From: Minisyncoccota bacterium
GTDB taxonomy: Bacteria > Patescibacteriota > Minisyncoccia > Phycocordibacterales > UBA1550
Length of the DNA: 64,000 nucleotides
NCBI GenBank assembly: GCA_023229865.1
Contig: JALNYL010000001.1
Coordinates: forward strand, 23,008 to 87,007
Direction of reading: 5' to 3'
Shown: piece by piece, positions 48,197-55,906 of the stretch
How positions within the stretch are numbered: position 1 is the stretch's first letter
Layout of the letters: every line of letters begins with the position of its first letter
Notes under the pieces: generated by a model
Database searches by the model: none
The model's input: only the letters and a program-made list of their open reading frames with translations
What the model was told of the DNA's origin: nothing
Made by a program: the position numbers and the translations under genes

Positions 48197-48328
48197 TTAA
48201 TTCATTTCTTCGATTTCGTGCCGACGCTTACGCTCTTGCGAGGTTTCTCCAGCATGAATGAAGTCTCCCATTGCTTGCCCGATTATTCTCATCCAGCCGA
48301 AACACATACAGTGCAGTACTTTTACCAT
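48197..48328 (-). CDS. Possible small protein (43 aa) in long intergenic region
   Basis: RBS GGAGGAAAT before ATG 48328. Lies upstream (same strand) of the 47936-47975 terminator. Speculative. Confidence 0.2.
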   Translation of the reverse strand: MVKVLHCMCFGWMRIIGQAMGDFIHAGETSQERKRRHEIEEMN

Positions 48329-48467
48329 ATTTCCTCCTGAAAGTTTGAATCAAAATCTCAAAACATAGTAACATGTTGTCATAATTTGTCAATAGCAACA
48401 AAAATTCATTGTTTTCTCCCCTTTTTATGCTAAGGTTTGGTTAGAAACAACACAAAAGGAGAACAAA

Positions 48468-48782
48468 ATGGACCCCGTTGATGAAGCTTTTGCAAGAGAG
48501 CATGACCAGCAAATGAGATTTATTTTGATCGTTCTGCTGATTATTGGAGCAAACGCACACCTCGCAGAAGAAGGCATTTTCCGCGGGACGTTACATGTTA
48601 TTGCTTTCAATTTCAATGTCTTGTTGCTCTGGTTCTCGTTGTCCCAGAGAAAGATTCAAGGGTTGTATCAGAAAAATTTACAAAGAATAAAATCTTCTGA
48701 TACGCAAGGGGTCAAACACGACCGCAACCTTGCAATGGAATATGCGACTCGTGGAGAAGAATTTGACCCACGATGTAGCTAA
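48468..48782 (+). CDS. Hypothetical membrane protein
   Basis: RBS AAAGGAG upstream. Two TM helices. Confidence 0.4.
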   Translation: MDPVDEAFAREHDQQMRFILIVLLIIGANAHLAEEGIFRGTLHVIAFNFNVLLLWFSLSQRKIQGLYQKNLQRIKSSDTQGVKHDRNLAMEYATRGEEFDPRCS

Positions 48783-48785
48783 AAA

Positions 48786-48813
48786 CAAAAAGCGCCCAGT
48801 CGGGCGCTTTTTT
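48786..48813. terminator. Bidirectional terminator
   Basis: aaaaagcgcccagtcgggcgctttttt. Confidence 0.6.
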
Positions 48814-48834
48814 CTATTTCTCTTTTTGTTGTTT

Positions 48835-49497
48835 CTACTTCACCTCAATCTTCTCAATGATCATATCTTCCACAGGGCGGTCTTGCGCTCCTGTCTTAGT
48901 ATTTTCGATTGCAGTCACTACTTCCATTCCCGCCGTCACACGACCGAACGCAGTGTGCTTTGGATTAAGGAAGTTGTTGTCGGCAGTGTTGATAAAGAAC
49001 TGGCTGCCGTTAGTGTTGGGACCAGAGTTTGCCATCGAGATTGAACCGATGACGTTCTTGTTGTCGGCGCCAATCTCATCCGCAAACTGGTACCCAGGAC
49101 CGCCCGTCCCCCAGTACGCCTGCTTGGTCATATCTTTCGAAAGTGGATCACCACCCTGAATCATAAAACCTTTGATCACGCGGTGAAAACGTGTGCCGTT
49201 ATAAAATCCTTCGTTTGCAAGCTTCACGAAGTTTGCCACCGTGTTTGGCTTTGTGTCGGCAAAGAGCTCAATCGTGATTGCGCCCTTGTTGGTTGTCATT
49301 ACTACTGATGTCATAGGTTTCTTTGAATTAGTTTCTGATACTGTTTCTTTTGCTTTTGTTGTTGTCTCAGTGGTTGTCGTTGCGGTCGTGTTTGTGGGGG
49401 TTGTTGTCTCTGGTGCCTTTTTCGTCCCACCGACTACAACGATAAAAATAACAAACACTACGGCAACTACCGTAAAAATAATATTCTGTGTACTCAT
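48835..49497 (-). CDS. ppiB: Membrane-anchored cyclophilin-type peptidyl-prolyl isomerase
   Basis: N-terminal TM, T/E-rich linker, cyclophilin core (FHRVIKGFMIQGGDP, SMANSGPNTNGSQFFI). Confidence 0.85.
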   Translation of the reverse strand: MSTQNIIFTVVAVVFVIFIVVVGGTKKAPETTTPTNTTATTTTETTTKAKETVSETNSKKPMTSVVMTTNKGAITIELFADTKPNTVANFVKLANEGFYNGTRFHRVIKGFMIQGGDPLSKDMTKQAYWGTGGPGYQFADEIGADNKNVIGSISMANSGPNTNGSQFFINTADNNFLNPKHTAFGRVTAGMEVVTAIENTKTGAQDRPVEDMIIEKIEVK

Positions 49498-49514
49498 AGT
49501 TTTGTAATCAATAA

Positions 49515-49883
49515 TTATTCTTTACCAAAACGGAGCATATTTTTGATTGCTCCCGCTCCGCGACGGAAAAGGGTGCGCGTCTTGTCTTTGTCAGATGAAA
49601 GAACGCGAACGAGCTCGTTACGCATATCATCGATAGCTGCATACAAATCAGCCGTCTCTGATGTGGCACGGAAATGCTTTCCGCGAACAACAATGTTTGC
49701 TTCGGCACGGAAGACATCTCCTGAATGATGATGATTGGTAGTCTTACCAATCTCAACATCTACAACAGGATTTTCATTCTTATGTGCCAATGCAAACTTT
49801 TCAACACTCTTAATCTTCTCTTCTACGTATGCCTCAATGGCGCTGGTAAGTTCGATATTTGTTGTTGTAATTTTGATCTTCAT
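49515..49883 (-). CDS. hpf: Ribosome hibernation promoting factor (short HPF/RaiA)
   Basis: MKIKITTTNIELTSAIEAYVEEK... Start refined to ATG 49883. Confidence 0.8.
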   Translation of the reverse strand: MKIKITTTNIELTSAIEAYVEEKIKSVEKFALAHKNENPVVDVEIGKTTNHHHSGDVFRAEANIVVRGKHFRATSETADLYAAIDDMRNELVRVLSSDKDKTRTLFRRGAGAIKNMLRFGKE

Positions 49884-49892
49884 ACGTATATT

Positions 49893-49984
49893 ATATCGCC
49901 AAACGAGGAGCACTACAAGCATACGGGATGCTTACAGTGTCCGAGTGCCGTCGATATATGGTAATCCATATATCGCCAAACGAG
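49893..49984. repeat. Two 22-bp direct repeats (TATATCGCCAAACGAGGAGCAC) 70 bp apart upstream of hpf
   Basis: Copies at 49893-49914 and 49963-49984. On the hpf strand each reads ...TTGGCGATATA(AT)... giving -10-like boxes. Confidence 0.5.
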
Positions 49985-49996
49985 GAGCACCGCAAA

Positions 49997-50224
49997 CTAT
50001 TCCTTGTCTGGAATTGAAAACATTTTGCTTGGTGAATGATGCCCAGAAATAATGCGAATTTGCTTTGGTTTTATCCCGAAATGCTCAGCGATGATTTCGA
50101 GAACGCGTGTGTTTGCCCGATTCCCTTCTGCAGGCTCCTTTACTGACACCAAAAAAGAATCATCGCCGCTTTGCGTAAATGATTCCTTTTTTACATCTGC
50201 AGCGACGCGGACTCGGATATACAT
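49997..50224 (-). CDS. DUF167/YggU-family small protein
   Basis: MYIRVRVAADVKKESF..FLVSVKEPAEGNRAN. Start refined to ATG 50224. Confidence 0.55.
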   Translation of the reverse strand: MYIRVRVAADVKKESFTQSGDDSFLVSVKEPAEGNRANTRVLEIIAEHFGIKPKQIRIISGHHSPSKMFSIPDKE

Positions 50225-50357
50225 GGGGGTAGAATATTGAATATTGTATATTGAATATGGAATAATACAAAGACTCAAAACACAGAGCACGGGCAACGAA
50301 GTTGCCCGTGCTCTGTATCTATTCAACATTCGACATTCAAAATTCGATATTCAACCC

Positions 50358-51797
50358 TTAGATTTTCTCCACGAGGGTCATATTGGTTCCGCCGATGTGC
50401 CCAAACGGTACACCCGCAACGATAACCACCTTGTCCCCTTTCTTGGCAACCTTGTTCTTGAGAACAAACGCGCGTATCTCCTTGATTGCATCATCGAGGT
50501 TAACAATCTTTTCCACCTGTACAGGATAACAGCCAAACGAGAGCGCAACTTGTTCAATCACGTGGGCCTTTGAACTCATTACAAATATTGGTTGCTCTGG
50601 GCGATAACGAGAAATCATACGTGCCGTGAGGCCTGACTCTGTAAGTGCGATAATTGCCTTTGCCCCCACGGTCGAGGCTGTCCCTACTGCTGCAAACGTA
50701 ACCGCGTCTACAATATCACGATAACCATCATCTTCACCTTCGATTGCAAACATGTCACCATAGAGCGCGCTGTGGTGAGGATAATTTGCCTCCACTGAAC
50801 CAGCAACACGTGCCATCATCGTTACTGCCTCTACAGGGTACTCGCCAAGGGCTGACTCTTCTGAGAGCATCACCGCGTCCGCGCCATCAAGGATAGAGTT
50901 TGCAACATCAGAAACTTCTGCGCGCGTTGGCACAGGGGTCTTGATCATTGACTCCATCATTTGTGTTGCCACGATAACTGGCTTACCAAGCGCCTTACAC
51001 TTTGAGATGATCATCTTCTGAAGGAGAGGCACCTGCTCTGCGGGCACCTCCACGGCAAGGTCACCACGCGCAACCATCACGCCATCGGTCTCCATAATAA
51101 TCGCGTCAATATTTTCAATAGCCTCCTCTGTTTCAATCTTTGCAATGATCTTTGCGGTTGAGCCGTGCTTTGCGAGGATACGACGAAGCTCCACGATATC
51201 CGAAGGACGACGAACGAATGAGAGTGCGAAGAAATCAACTTTGTGCTTTACGCCAAAGAGCAAATCTTTTTTGTCTTTTGCGGTGAGGCAAGAAATCTTG
51301 AGTGATACACCAGGAAGGTTTACACCACGACGACCCTTAGTCTCGCCTCCAACAATCACGCGACACTTGATCTCATCGACGCCGTTGGTCGAAAGCACAA
51401 GGAGACTCTTCTTTCCGTCATCAAGAAGAATCGAGTCGCCCTTCTTAATTTCCTTTGGAAGTGCTGCGTAGTTTACATACGCCTTGGTCTCATCGCCCAC
51501 ACACGCTTTGGTTGTGAGGGTAAAAGGTGAACCCTTCTTGAGCATTACGCGCTCCTGGTAGAAATCCCCGATACGAATCTTTGGGCCAGAGAGGTCCTGA
51601 AGAATAGCGACAGGTGTCCCCATCTTCTCAGATACCGCGTGAATATTCTTTACGCGCACTTCGTGTTCCTCGTGTGATCCATGAGAGAAATTGAGGCGAC
51701 ATACGTTCATGCCTGCGTTTACAAGGTTTTCAAGCATTGGCTGGCTTTCCGAAGCGGGCCCAATGGTTGCTACAATTTTCGTCTTTTTCATTGTCAT
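50358..51797 (-). CDS. pyk: Pyruvate kinase
   Basis: KIVATIGPAS, MVARGDLGVE-type motifs. Full barrel and C-domain. Confidence 0.9.
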   Translation of the reverse strand: MTMKKTKIVATIGPASESQPMLENLVNAGMNVCRLNFSHGSHEEHEVRVKNIHAVSEKMGTPVAILQDLSGPKIRIGDFYQERVMLKKGSPFTLTTKACVGDETKAYVNYAALPKEIKKGDSILLDDGKKSLLVLSTNGVDEIKCRVIVGGETKGRRGVNLPGVSLKISCLTAKDKKDLLFGVKHKVDFFALSFVRRPSDIVELRRILAKHGSTAKIIAKIETEEAIENIDAIIMETDGVMVARGDLAVEVPAEQVPLLQKMIISKCKALGKPVIVATQMMESMIKTPVPTRAEVSDVANSILDGADAVMLSEESALGEYPVEAVTMMARVAGSVEANYPHHSALYGDMFAIEGEDDGYRDIVDAVTFAAVGTASTVGAKAIIALTESGLTARMISRYRPEQPIFVMSSKAHVIEQVALSFGCYPVQVEKIVNLDDAIKEIRAFVLKNKVAKKGDKVVIVAGVPFGHIGGTNMTLVEKI

Positions 51798-51883
51798 ATC
51801 GTGGTGATTGTTTTAAATTAGTGAGGACTCATCGTAGCAAAATTTTGCATTTTTTCCAAATCTTGGTATGATGACTTTCGTAT

Positions 51884-51950
51884 TCCGCGGTAGCTCAGTG
51901 GCAATAGAAATTAGCCAAGCGACTGTTTAACAGTCGCAAATGACGCCACC
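51884..51950 (+). pseudogene. Degenerate partial copy of tRNA-Asn (5' half through anticodon region), not foldable as tRNA
   Basis: TCCGCGGTAGCTCAGTGG and AAGCGACTGTT match the intact tRNA-Asn 95 bp downstream. D-arm is disrupted by insertion. No T-arm or acceptor 3' strand. Confidence 0.4.
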
Positions 51951-51978
51951 AAAGGATTGTTTAAAATAGTGCCCATAT

Positions 51979-52050
51979 TCCGCGGTAGCTCAGTGGTAGA
52001 GCAAGCGACTGTTAATCGCTTGGTCGTAGGTTCGATCCCTACCCGCGGAG
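51979..52050 (+). tRNA. tRNA-Asn (anticodon GUU)
   Basis: TCCGCGG-TA-GCTC-AGTGGTA-GAGC-A-AGCGA-CTGTTAA-TCGCT-TGGTC-GTAGG-TTCGATC-CCTAC-CCGCGGA-G. CCA not fully encoded. Confidence 0.85.
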
Positions 52051-52059
52051 CAATAAAAG

Positions 52060-52092
52060 AAAAGGCCCTCATCCTGAGGGTCTTTTCTTTTA
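52060..52092 (+). terminator. Terminator after tRNA-Asn
   Basis: aaaaggccctcatcctgagggtcttttctttt. Confidence 0.55.
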
Positions 52093-52102
52093 TCCTGCTT
52101 CC

Positions 52103-52212
52103 GCGAGTGTAGGGATCGAACCGTAGGCCCACCATTTTGGGGATGAGAGTAACCTCGAAGACCTACAAAATGGATGGTCTCGACCGCAGGGAGAGGCGAT
52201 CCCTACTCGCGC
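52103..52212. repeat. 110-nt element bounded by 15-bp inverted repeat (GCGAGTGTAGGGATCG/CGATCCCTACTCGCGC); contains inverted copy of tRNA-Asn T-arm/acceptor
   Basis: Minus strand carries TTCGATCCCTAC, 12/12 identical to the tRNA-Asn T-loop/stem, followed by an acceptor-like CGCGGA. Internal 8-bp pairing CCATTTTG/CAAAATGG. Confidence 0.45.
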
Positions 52213-52243
52213 AAATTTTGACCAAAACCCGCGGAGCTATCAC

Positions 52244-52277
52244 TTGACAATAACAGTATATGTGATATACTGTTATT
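52244..52277 (+). promoter_or_regulatory. Consensus-like sigma70 promoter overlapped by a 12-bp perfect inverted repeat (candidate operator)
   Basis: TTGACA (52244-52249), 16-nt spacer, TATACT (52266-52271). IR AATAACAGTATA-tgtga-TATACTGTTATT spans spacer and -10. A third tRNA-Asn 3'-end fragment ACCCGCGGAGC sits at 52227-52237 just upstream. Confidence 0.5.
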
Positions 52278-52340
52278 AGTTCTTTTCAGGTGCCTACTTT
52301 GTAGGTTAAAGATAATCAACCACTAAAGATTGGAGAAGCT

Positions 52341-52628
52341 ATGAATAGCGAGCAACTGAAGGCTCTGGCCCAAAAAGCCTTTGCACTAGTAACAGGAGTA
52401 AACCCCGACGAAGTTACTTTCAAGGAAGGGACTCTCTTTCATAAATGCAAATGGGAGCATGGGGACTGCTCCATCGAAGGCAATTTTTACCACCACCGTC
52501 ACCACGACAACAATAGCGGTGTGGTTTGCATTACGTCTGAACTTTCAGACGAAGAGCCGTTCTATCGCTTCCCCTTCTCGTGGCACCACCTCTGGGACAT
52601 CAACACTGATTCCCCGATCATCGTCTAG
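52341..52628 (+). CDS. Small His/Cys-rich hypothetical protein
   Basis: RBS GGAGAAG upstream. HKCKWEHGDC...FYHHRHHDNNSGVVC. Confidence 0.45.
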   Translation: MNSEQLKALAQKAFALVTGVNPDEVTFKEGTLFHKCKWEHGDCSIEGNFYHHRHHDNNSGVVCITSELSDEEPFYRFPFSWHHLWDINTDSPIIV

Positions 52629-52635
52629 TCGATTT

Positions 52636-52674
52636 AACCGCCGAAGCAAAAACTGCTTAGGCGGTTTTTGTTTT
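52636..52674 (+). terminator. Terminator
   Basis: aaccgccgaagcaaaaactgcttaggcggttttt. Confidence 0.55.
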
Positions 52675-52786
52675 TAGAGTTTTTAGCCACTAGCCTGCTC
52701 AATAATCACTTTCCGAACTTCATCCAATGTTCGGGGTAATATATACACATAATTTACAGGCTCCCCCTTCATGCTATAATTCCCCC

Positions 52787-52987
52787 ATGAAAAACCTACC
52801 CACCCGCGTATTCATTTATTCATCACTCGCTTTTGGTATTATTGGTATCACCATGATTTTTGTCGGAGGTCCTGATGGAAATAGTAACATCCATTTAATA
52901 GAGACGTTACGTCGATTTCTCCTCGCAACTGTTTGTATTATTTTGCCCTCATTCGCATTGAGCGTCGCTGAAAAATATCTGAAGTAA
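52787..52987 (+). CDS. Small membrane protein (hypothetical)
   Basis: Two TM helices. AT-rich. No RBS. Start uncertain (ORF opens at 52727). Confidence 0.3.
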   Translation: MKNLPTRVFIYSSLAFGIIGITMIFVGGPDGNSNIHLIETLRRFLLATVCIILPSFALSVAEKYLK

Positions 52988-53024
52988 AACTTCTAACATT
53001 TTTATTATTCACTGTATAGAAACT

Positions 53025-53489
53025 ATGATATTCCCCAAACTAAACGAAGCAACAAAACAATACTGGACTGAAAGTGATTTTCAAAAACTAGAGGAAGCAA
53101 CAACTATTCAGGAAGTATTTGCTGTAGCAAAAAGCGTTATTTTACGCATGCCCGATTCTCTTGCTCAGGTATGTGGACCAATCACAAACGGAGGAAAAGG
53201 ATCCGTCGAAAAAAACCTTGAGGAGCTCGACAAGGCGATTGACAAACTTCAAAAACAAGGGGTACTTATTTTTGACCAGATGCCGTTTGAGGAACCCTTT
53301 CGTAAAATTGCTTACAGAAAAACCTCAACACAACACCACGACGATGTTCTTAATCTTTTTTATGAACCCATTTTTAAATTAGGGAAAATAAAAACTTTTT
53401 ATTTTCTTCCAGGTTGGGAAGGTTCGAAAGGTGCAATATGGGAATACCACAAAGCAGAGGAGCTCGGAATAAAAATAGTGTTACTTTAA
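53025..53489 (+). CDS. DUF4406-like protein (nucleoside 2-deoxyribosyltransferase-like fold), phage-associated family
   Basis: QVCGPITNGGKGSV resembles the GPMTG motif of DUF4406. AT-rich codon usage. Confidence 0.4.
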   Translation: MIFPKLNEATKQYWTESDFQKLEEATTIQEVFAVAKSVILRMPDSLAQVCGPITNGGKGSVEKNLEELDKAIDKLQKQGVLIFDQMPFEEPFRKIAYRKTSTQHHDDVLNLFYEPIFKLGKIKTFYFLPGWEGSKGAIWEYHKAEELGIKIVLL

Positions 53490-53675
53490 AATCGTGGTTA
53501 TGCATTGTTTGCAATATATTAAATATTGCTGAAAATACCTAGAGTAAAATTGCTCACAACTCCCCCTTTGTACCTCAATAACGCACTTCGGAAACCTTGA
53601 CAAACCACTGAATCTGGGATAGTCTCAACCCCAGATTTTCTTTAGTTATTTAACAAAAACACAGGGAGAAATATT

Positions 53676-55106
53676 ATGCTTTCTACTGTTATACCTGCGA
53701 TCATTCTCGCATTACTTGCGGGACTTCTCGTGAAATACATTCTCGAGAAAAAAGGTGGCGAGGAACAAATCACCGCATTCGAACTCAAACTCGGCGCCGC
53801 TGTCATTGCTTTTATTGTGGCACCACTTGTGGGATACATCGGCTGGGAAGTCTCTCGTTCAAACCAAATCGTTTACAACGAATACTGGAATGGATGGGAA
53901 ATTGCCGCTGAGCGTAATGATGTCTCCTGCACAAGAGATGGTCCGTGTTATTGGGAATATGATTGCGACCCGTACCTCGTGTATGTGTCGCGGACATGCA
54001 CCCGGCCTGGCAAAAATGGTGGGACATACGAATGTGGCGGATACGAAACACGCTACCACAGTTGTCCTTATGTTACCGTTGAAACAACGTACAACGTACG
54101 CACAACTCTCGGTGGATACACTGTTGCCCCACACCGCTTCCCCGACGATCCGCAATCGCATCGCTGGAGAACTTCGAAAAGTATTCCTGACAGCACCATC
54201 AGCAATGCTGGCGTCGGGATTCCGAAATTCTGGAATGAAGTGTGGATGCGCATTGCTTCGGGGACACCCAACCCGGCAACCACCAGGAAGGAGTACAAAA
54301 ATTACATCCTCGCAAACGAAGGCACCATCCTCAAACAGCACTCGGCAAACATCGAGCATTACCTGAAGCAGGGTCTCCTGCCTCCGGTGACGGCTTCTGT
54401 TGTCGGGCTGTATGGGTCCAACAAGGTTTATTTCGTTGGACACCGTCCGGGGAATGCGACCGTGTGGCAAAGCACCCTGGAGCACCTCAATGCCGCTTTT
54501 GGTACTGAGCTTCAGGGCGACCTGCACGTCGTCATCGTTCAAAACGATGCAGTAAACGCGGACTACGATACTTACGTTTTAGCCCTCAAGGCATACTGGC
54601 AAGACAATAAAGTCTTCGGCAGGGATGCGTTCGGCAAAAACGGCGTAGCAGTAATCCTCGGAACAAACGACGGGAAGACGGTTGCATGGGCGCGTGCTTT
54701 TACGGGCATGCCCCGTGGCAACGAACACATGATTGTCGCTCTCGAAAGCGGCCTCAAGGGGCAGCTCCTCGATTCGACTATCGTACTCGGAACAATAACG
54801 CCGACCTCCGTGGTCAGCAAAAGTCCGAGTAGTGTTTCCCTTCGCATCACCAAAACCGACCGGACCGGAATCGTCCCCCGCATCATTTGGGGTGACGACG
54901 ACAAGTCGTTCCGCTTCGAGCGGATCGGCATGACCGGGAAGGGTTCTGGAAAAGGTAGTGGTTACTTGTATCTTTACGGCGAAATTCAGCCGACTGACAC
55001 GCAAAAGAAATGGATCGGATTTTTCGTCTTTTTATTTTCGTGCGTCTTCTGGTTTATCGCAGCAGCGCAAGACATTAGCAACACAAGGAAGTCGTCGCGG
55101 TACTAA
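53676..55106 (+). CDS. Membrane protein with N- and C-terminal TM helices and large Cys-rich extracytoplasmic domain (hypothetical)
   Basis: RBS GGGAGAAATATTATG. TM 5-25 and 445-465. Multiple Cys pairs (CTRDGPCYWEYDC, CTRPGKNGGTYECGG, SCPY). Confidence 0.55.
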   Translation: MLSTVIPAIILALLAGLLVKYILEKKGGEEQITAFELKLGAAVIAFIVAPLVGYIGWEVSRSNQIVYNEYWNGWEIAAERNDVSCTRDGPCYWEYDCDPYLVYVSRTCTRPGKNGGTYECGGYETRYHSCPYVTVETTYNVRTTLGGYTVAPHRFPDDPQSHRWRTSKSIPDSTISNAGVGIPKFWNEVWMRIASGTPNPATTRKEYKNYILANEGTILKQHSANIEHYLKQGLLPPVTASVVGLYGSNKVYFVGHRPGNATVWQSTLEHLNAAFGTELQGDLHVVIVQNDAVNADYDTYVLALKAYWQDNKVFGRDAFGKNGVAVILGTNDGKTVAWARAFTGMPRGNEHMIVALESGLKGQLLDSTIVLGTITPTSVVSKSPSSVSLRITKTDRTGIVPRIIWGDDDKSFRFERIGMTGKGSGKGSGYLYLYGEIQPTDTQKKWIGFFVFLFSCVFWFIAAAQDISNTRKSSRY

Positions 55107-55135
55107 TTGTTTCAACAACCACAAGGAGAGCAGTA

Positions 55136-55780
55136 ATGGAAAAAGCAAAATGGATTACCCCTGGTCGTGTCATCTTCGTGGCGCTGGTTGCCATTGGCAT
55201 CTGGGCGTACACGTACGCCAACGATCTGTGGAACACAGCAGTCCCCCACCAAACCGGCCTCAATGCGCAGTACAAGCAGAACCAAAGCTACCTTGCTGCG
55301 TACGAGTCTGGCTTCTTCGAAATGCTGGGTGTCGCAAACGTGAAGAGCGACAAGCTCAACAAAATTCTTCTTGATTCAGTCAAGGGGCGTTACGACGGCA
55401 ACTCTTCAGCAAAACCCGGGACAGGGATGCTGTTCTCGGCAATCGCGGAAGCGTACCCCGACCTTAAACAGTTGGATATCTACGACAAGGTCACCGACTA
55501 CATCGTTGCCCAGCGGGCAGGATATAACGGTCTGCAAGTCGCCTTGCTCTCCAGGATTCAATCTTTCGATACCTGGCGTCAAAGCAACCTTGTGCAAAGC
55601 CTGCTCATCAAGTATGTGCTCAATATCCCCAACAAGGATTTGATCGCGTGCGCGGGCCCGACTGACTGCAAGTACGGGGCAGAAGCTCTGGAGCGCATGC
55701 GCAACATCGTGCTCACCGAAGGCACCGAAAAGGCCTACGCAACGAGCAAGATGGCGCCACTCGTGGCTCCCAAAGACTGA
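55136..55780 (+). CDS. LemA-family protein
   Basis: N-terminal TM then LNAQYKQNQSYL...DSVKGRY, resembling the LemA core (..NQYQRR.DLIPNLV..VKGYA). Confidence 0.45.
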   Translation: MEKAKWITPGRVIFVALVAIGIWAYTYANDLWNTAVPHQTGLNAQYKQNQSYLAAYESGFFEMLGVANVKSDKLNKILLDSVKGRYDGNSSAKPGTGMLFSAIAEAYPDLKQLDIYDKVTDYIVAQRAGYNGLQVALLSRIQSFDTWRQSNLVQSLLIKYVLNIPNKDLIACAGPTDCKYGAEALERMRNIVLTEGTEKAYATSKMAPLVAPKD

Positions 55781-55795
55781 TCACACCTTGATCAC

Positions 55796-55830
55796 AAAGC
55801 CGGAAGGAATCCCCTTCCGGCTTTTTTATT
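55796..55830 (+). terminator. Terminator
   Basis: aaagccggaaggaatccccttccggctttttta. Confidence 0.6.
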
Positions 55831-55906
55831 TACAAATCAAACACTGGACATTCATTCCCCTCTGTGGCATTGTTGGACCAGTTGAACATTCAAAAAGGAG
55901 CAGACC

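Noticed and set aside
49893-49984. Direct repeats as a CRISPR array
   Set aside because: Only two copies. 22 bp with a 48-bp spacer. No cas genes or leader; fits a promoter or operator duplication better.
51884-51950. First tRNA-like sequence as a functional tRNA (possibly intron-containing)
   Set aside because: D-arm cannot pair (GCTC...GCCA). No T-arm and no 3' acceptor strand. Its perfect 7-bp hairpin GCGACTG-TTTAA-CAGTCGC is not an anticodon arm. Treated as a decayed duplicate.
52103-52212. Inverted-repeat element as a tRNA or tmRNA
   Set aside because: Carries the tRNA-Asn T-loop sequence, but the T-stem 5' strand (GTAGG) is absent. No cloverleaf can be drawn and no tmRNA tag-reading frame or resume codon context is recognisable.
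53755-54542. ORFs 53755..54366 (+) and 53859..54542 (-) within the Cys-rich membrane protein gene
   Set aside because: Alternative frames. The 53676 frame has an RBS and coherent TM-domain-TM architecture.
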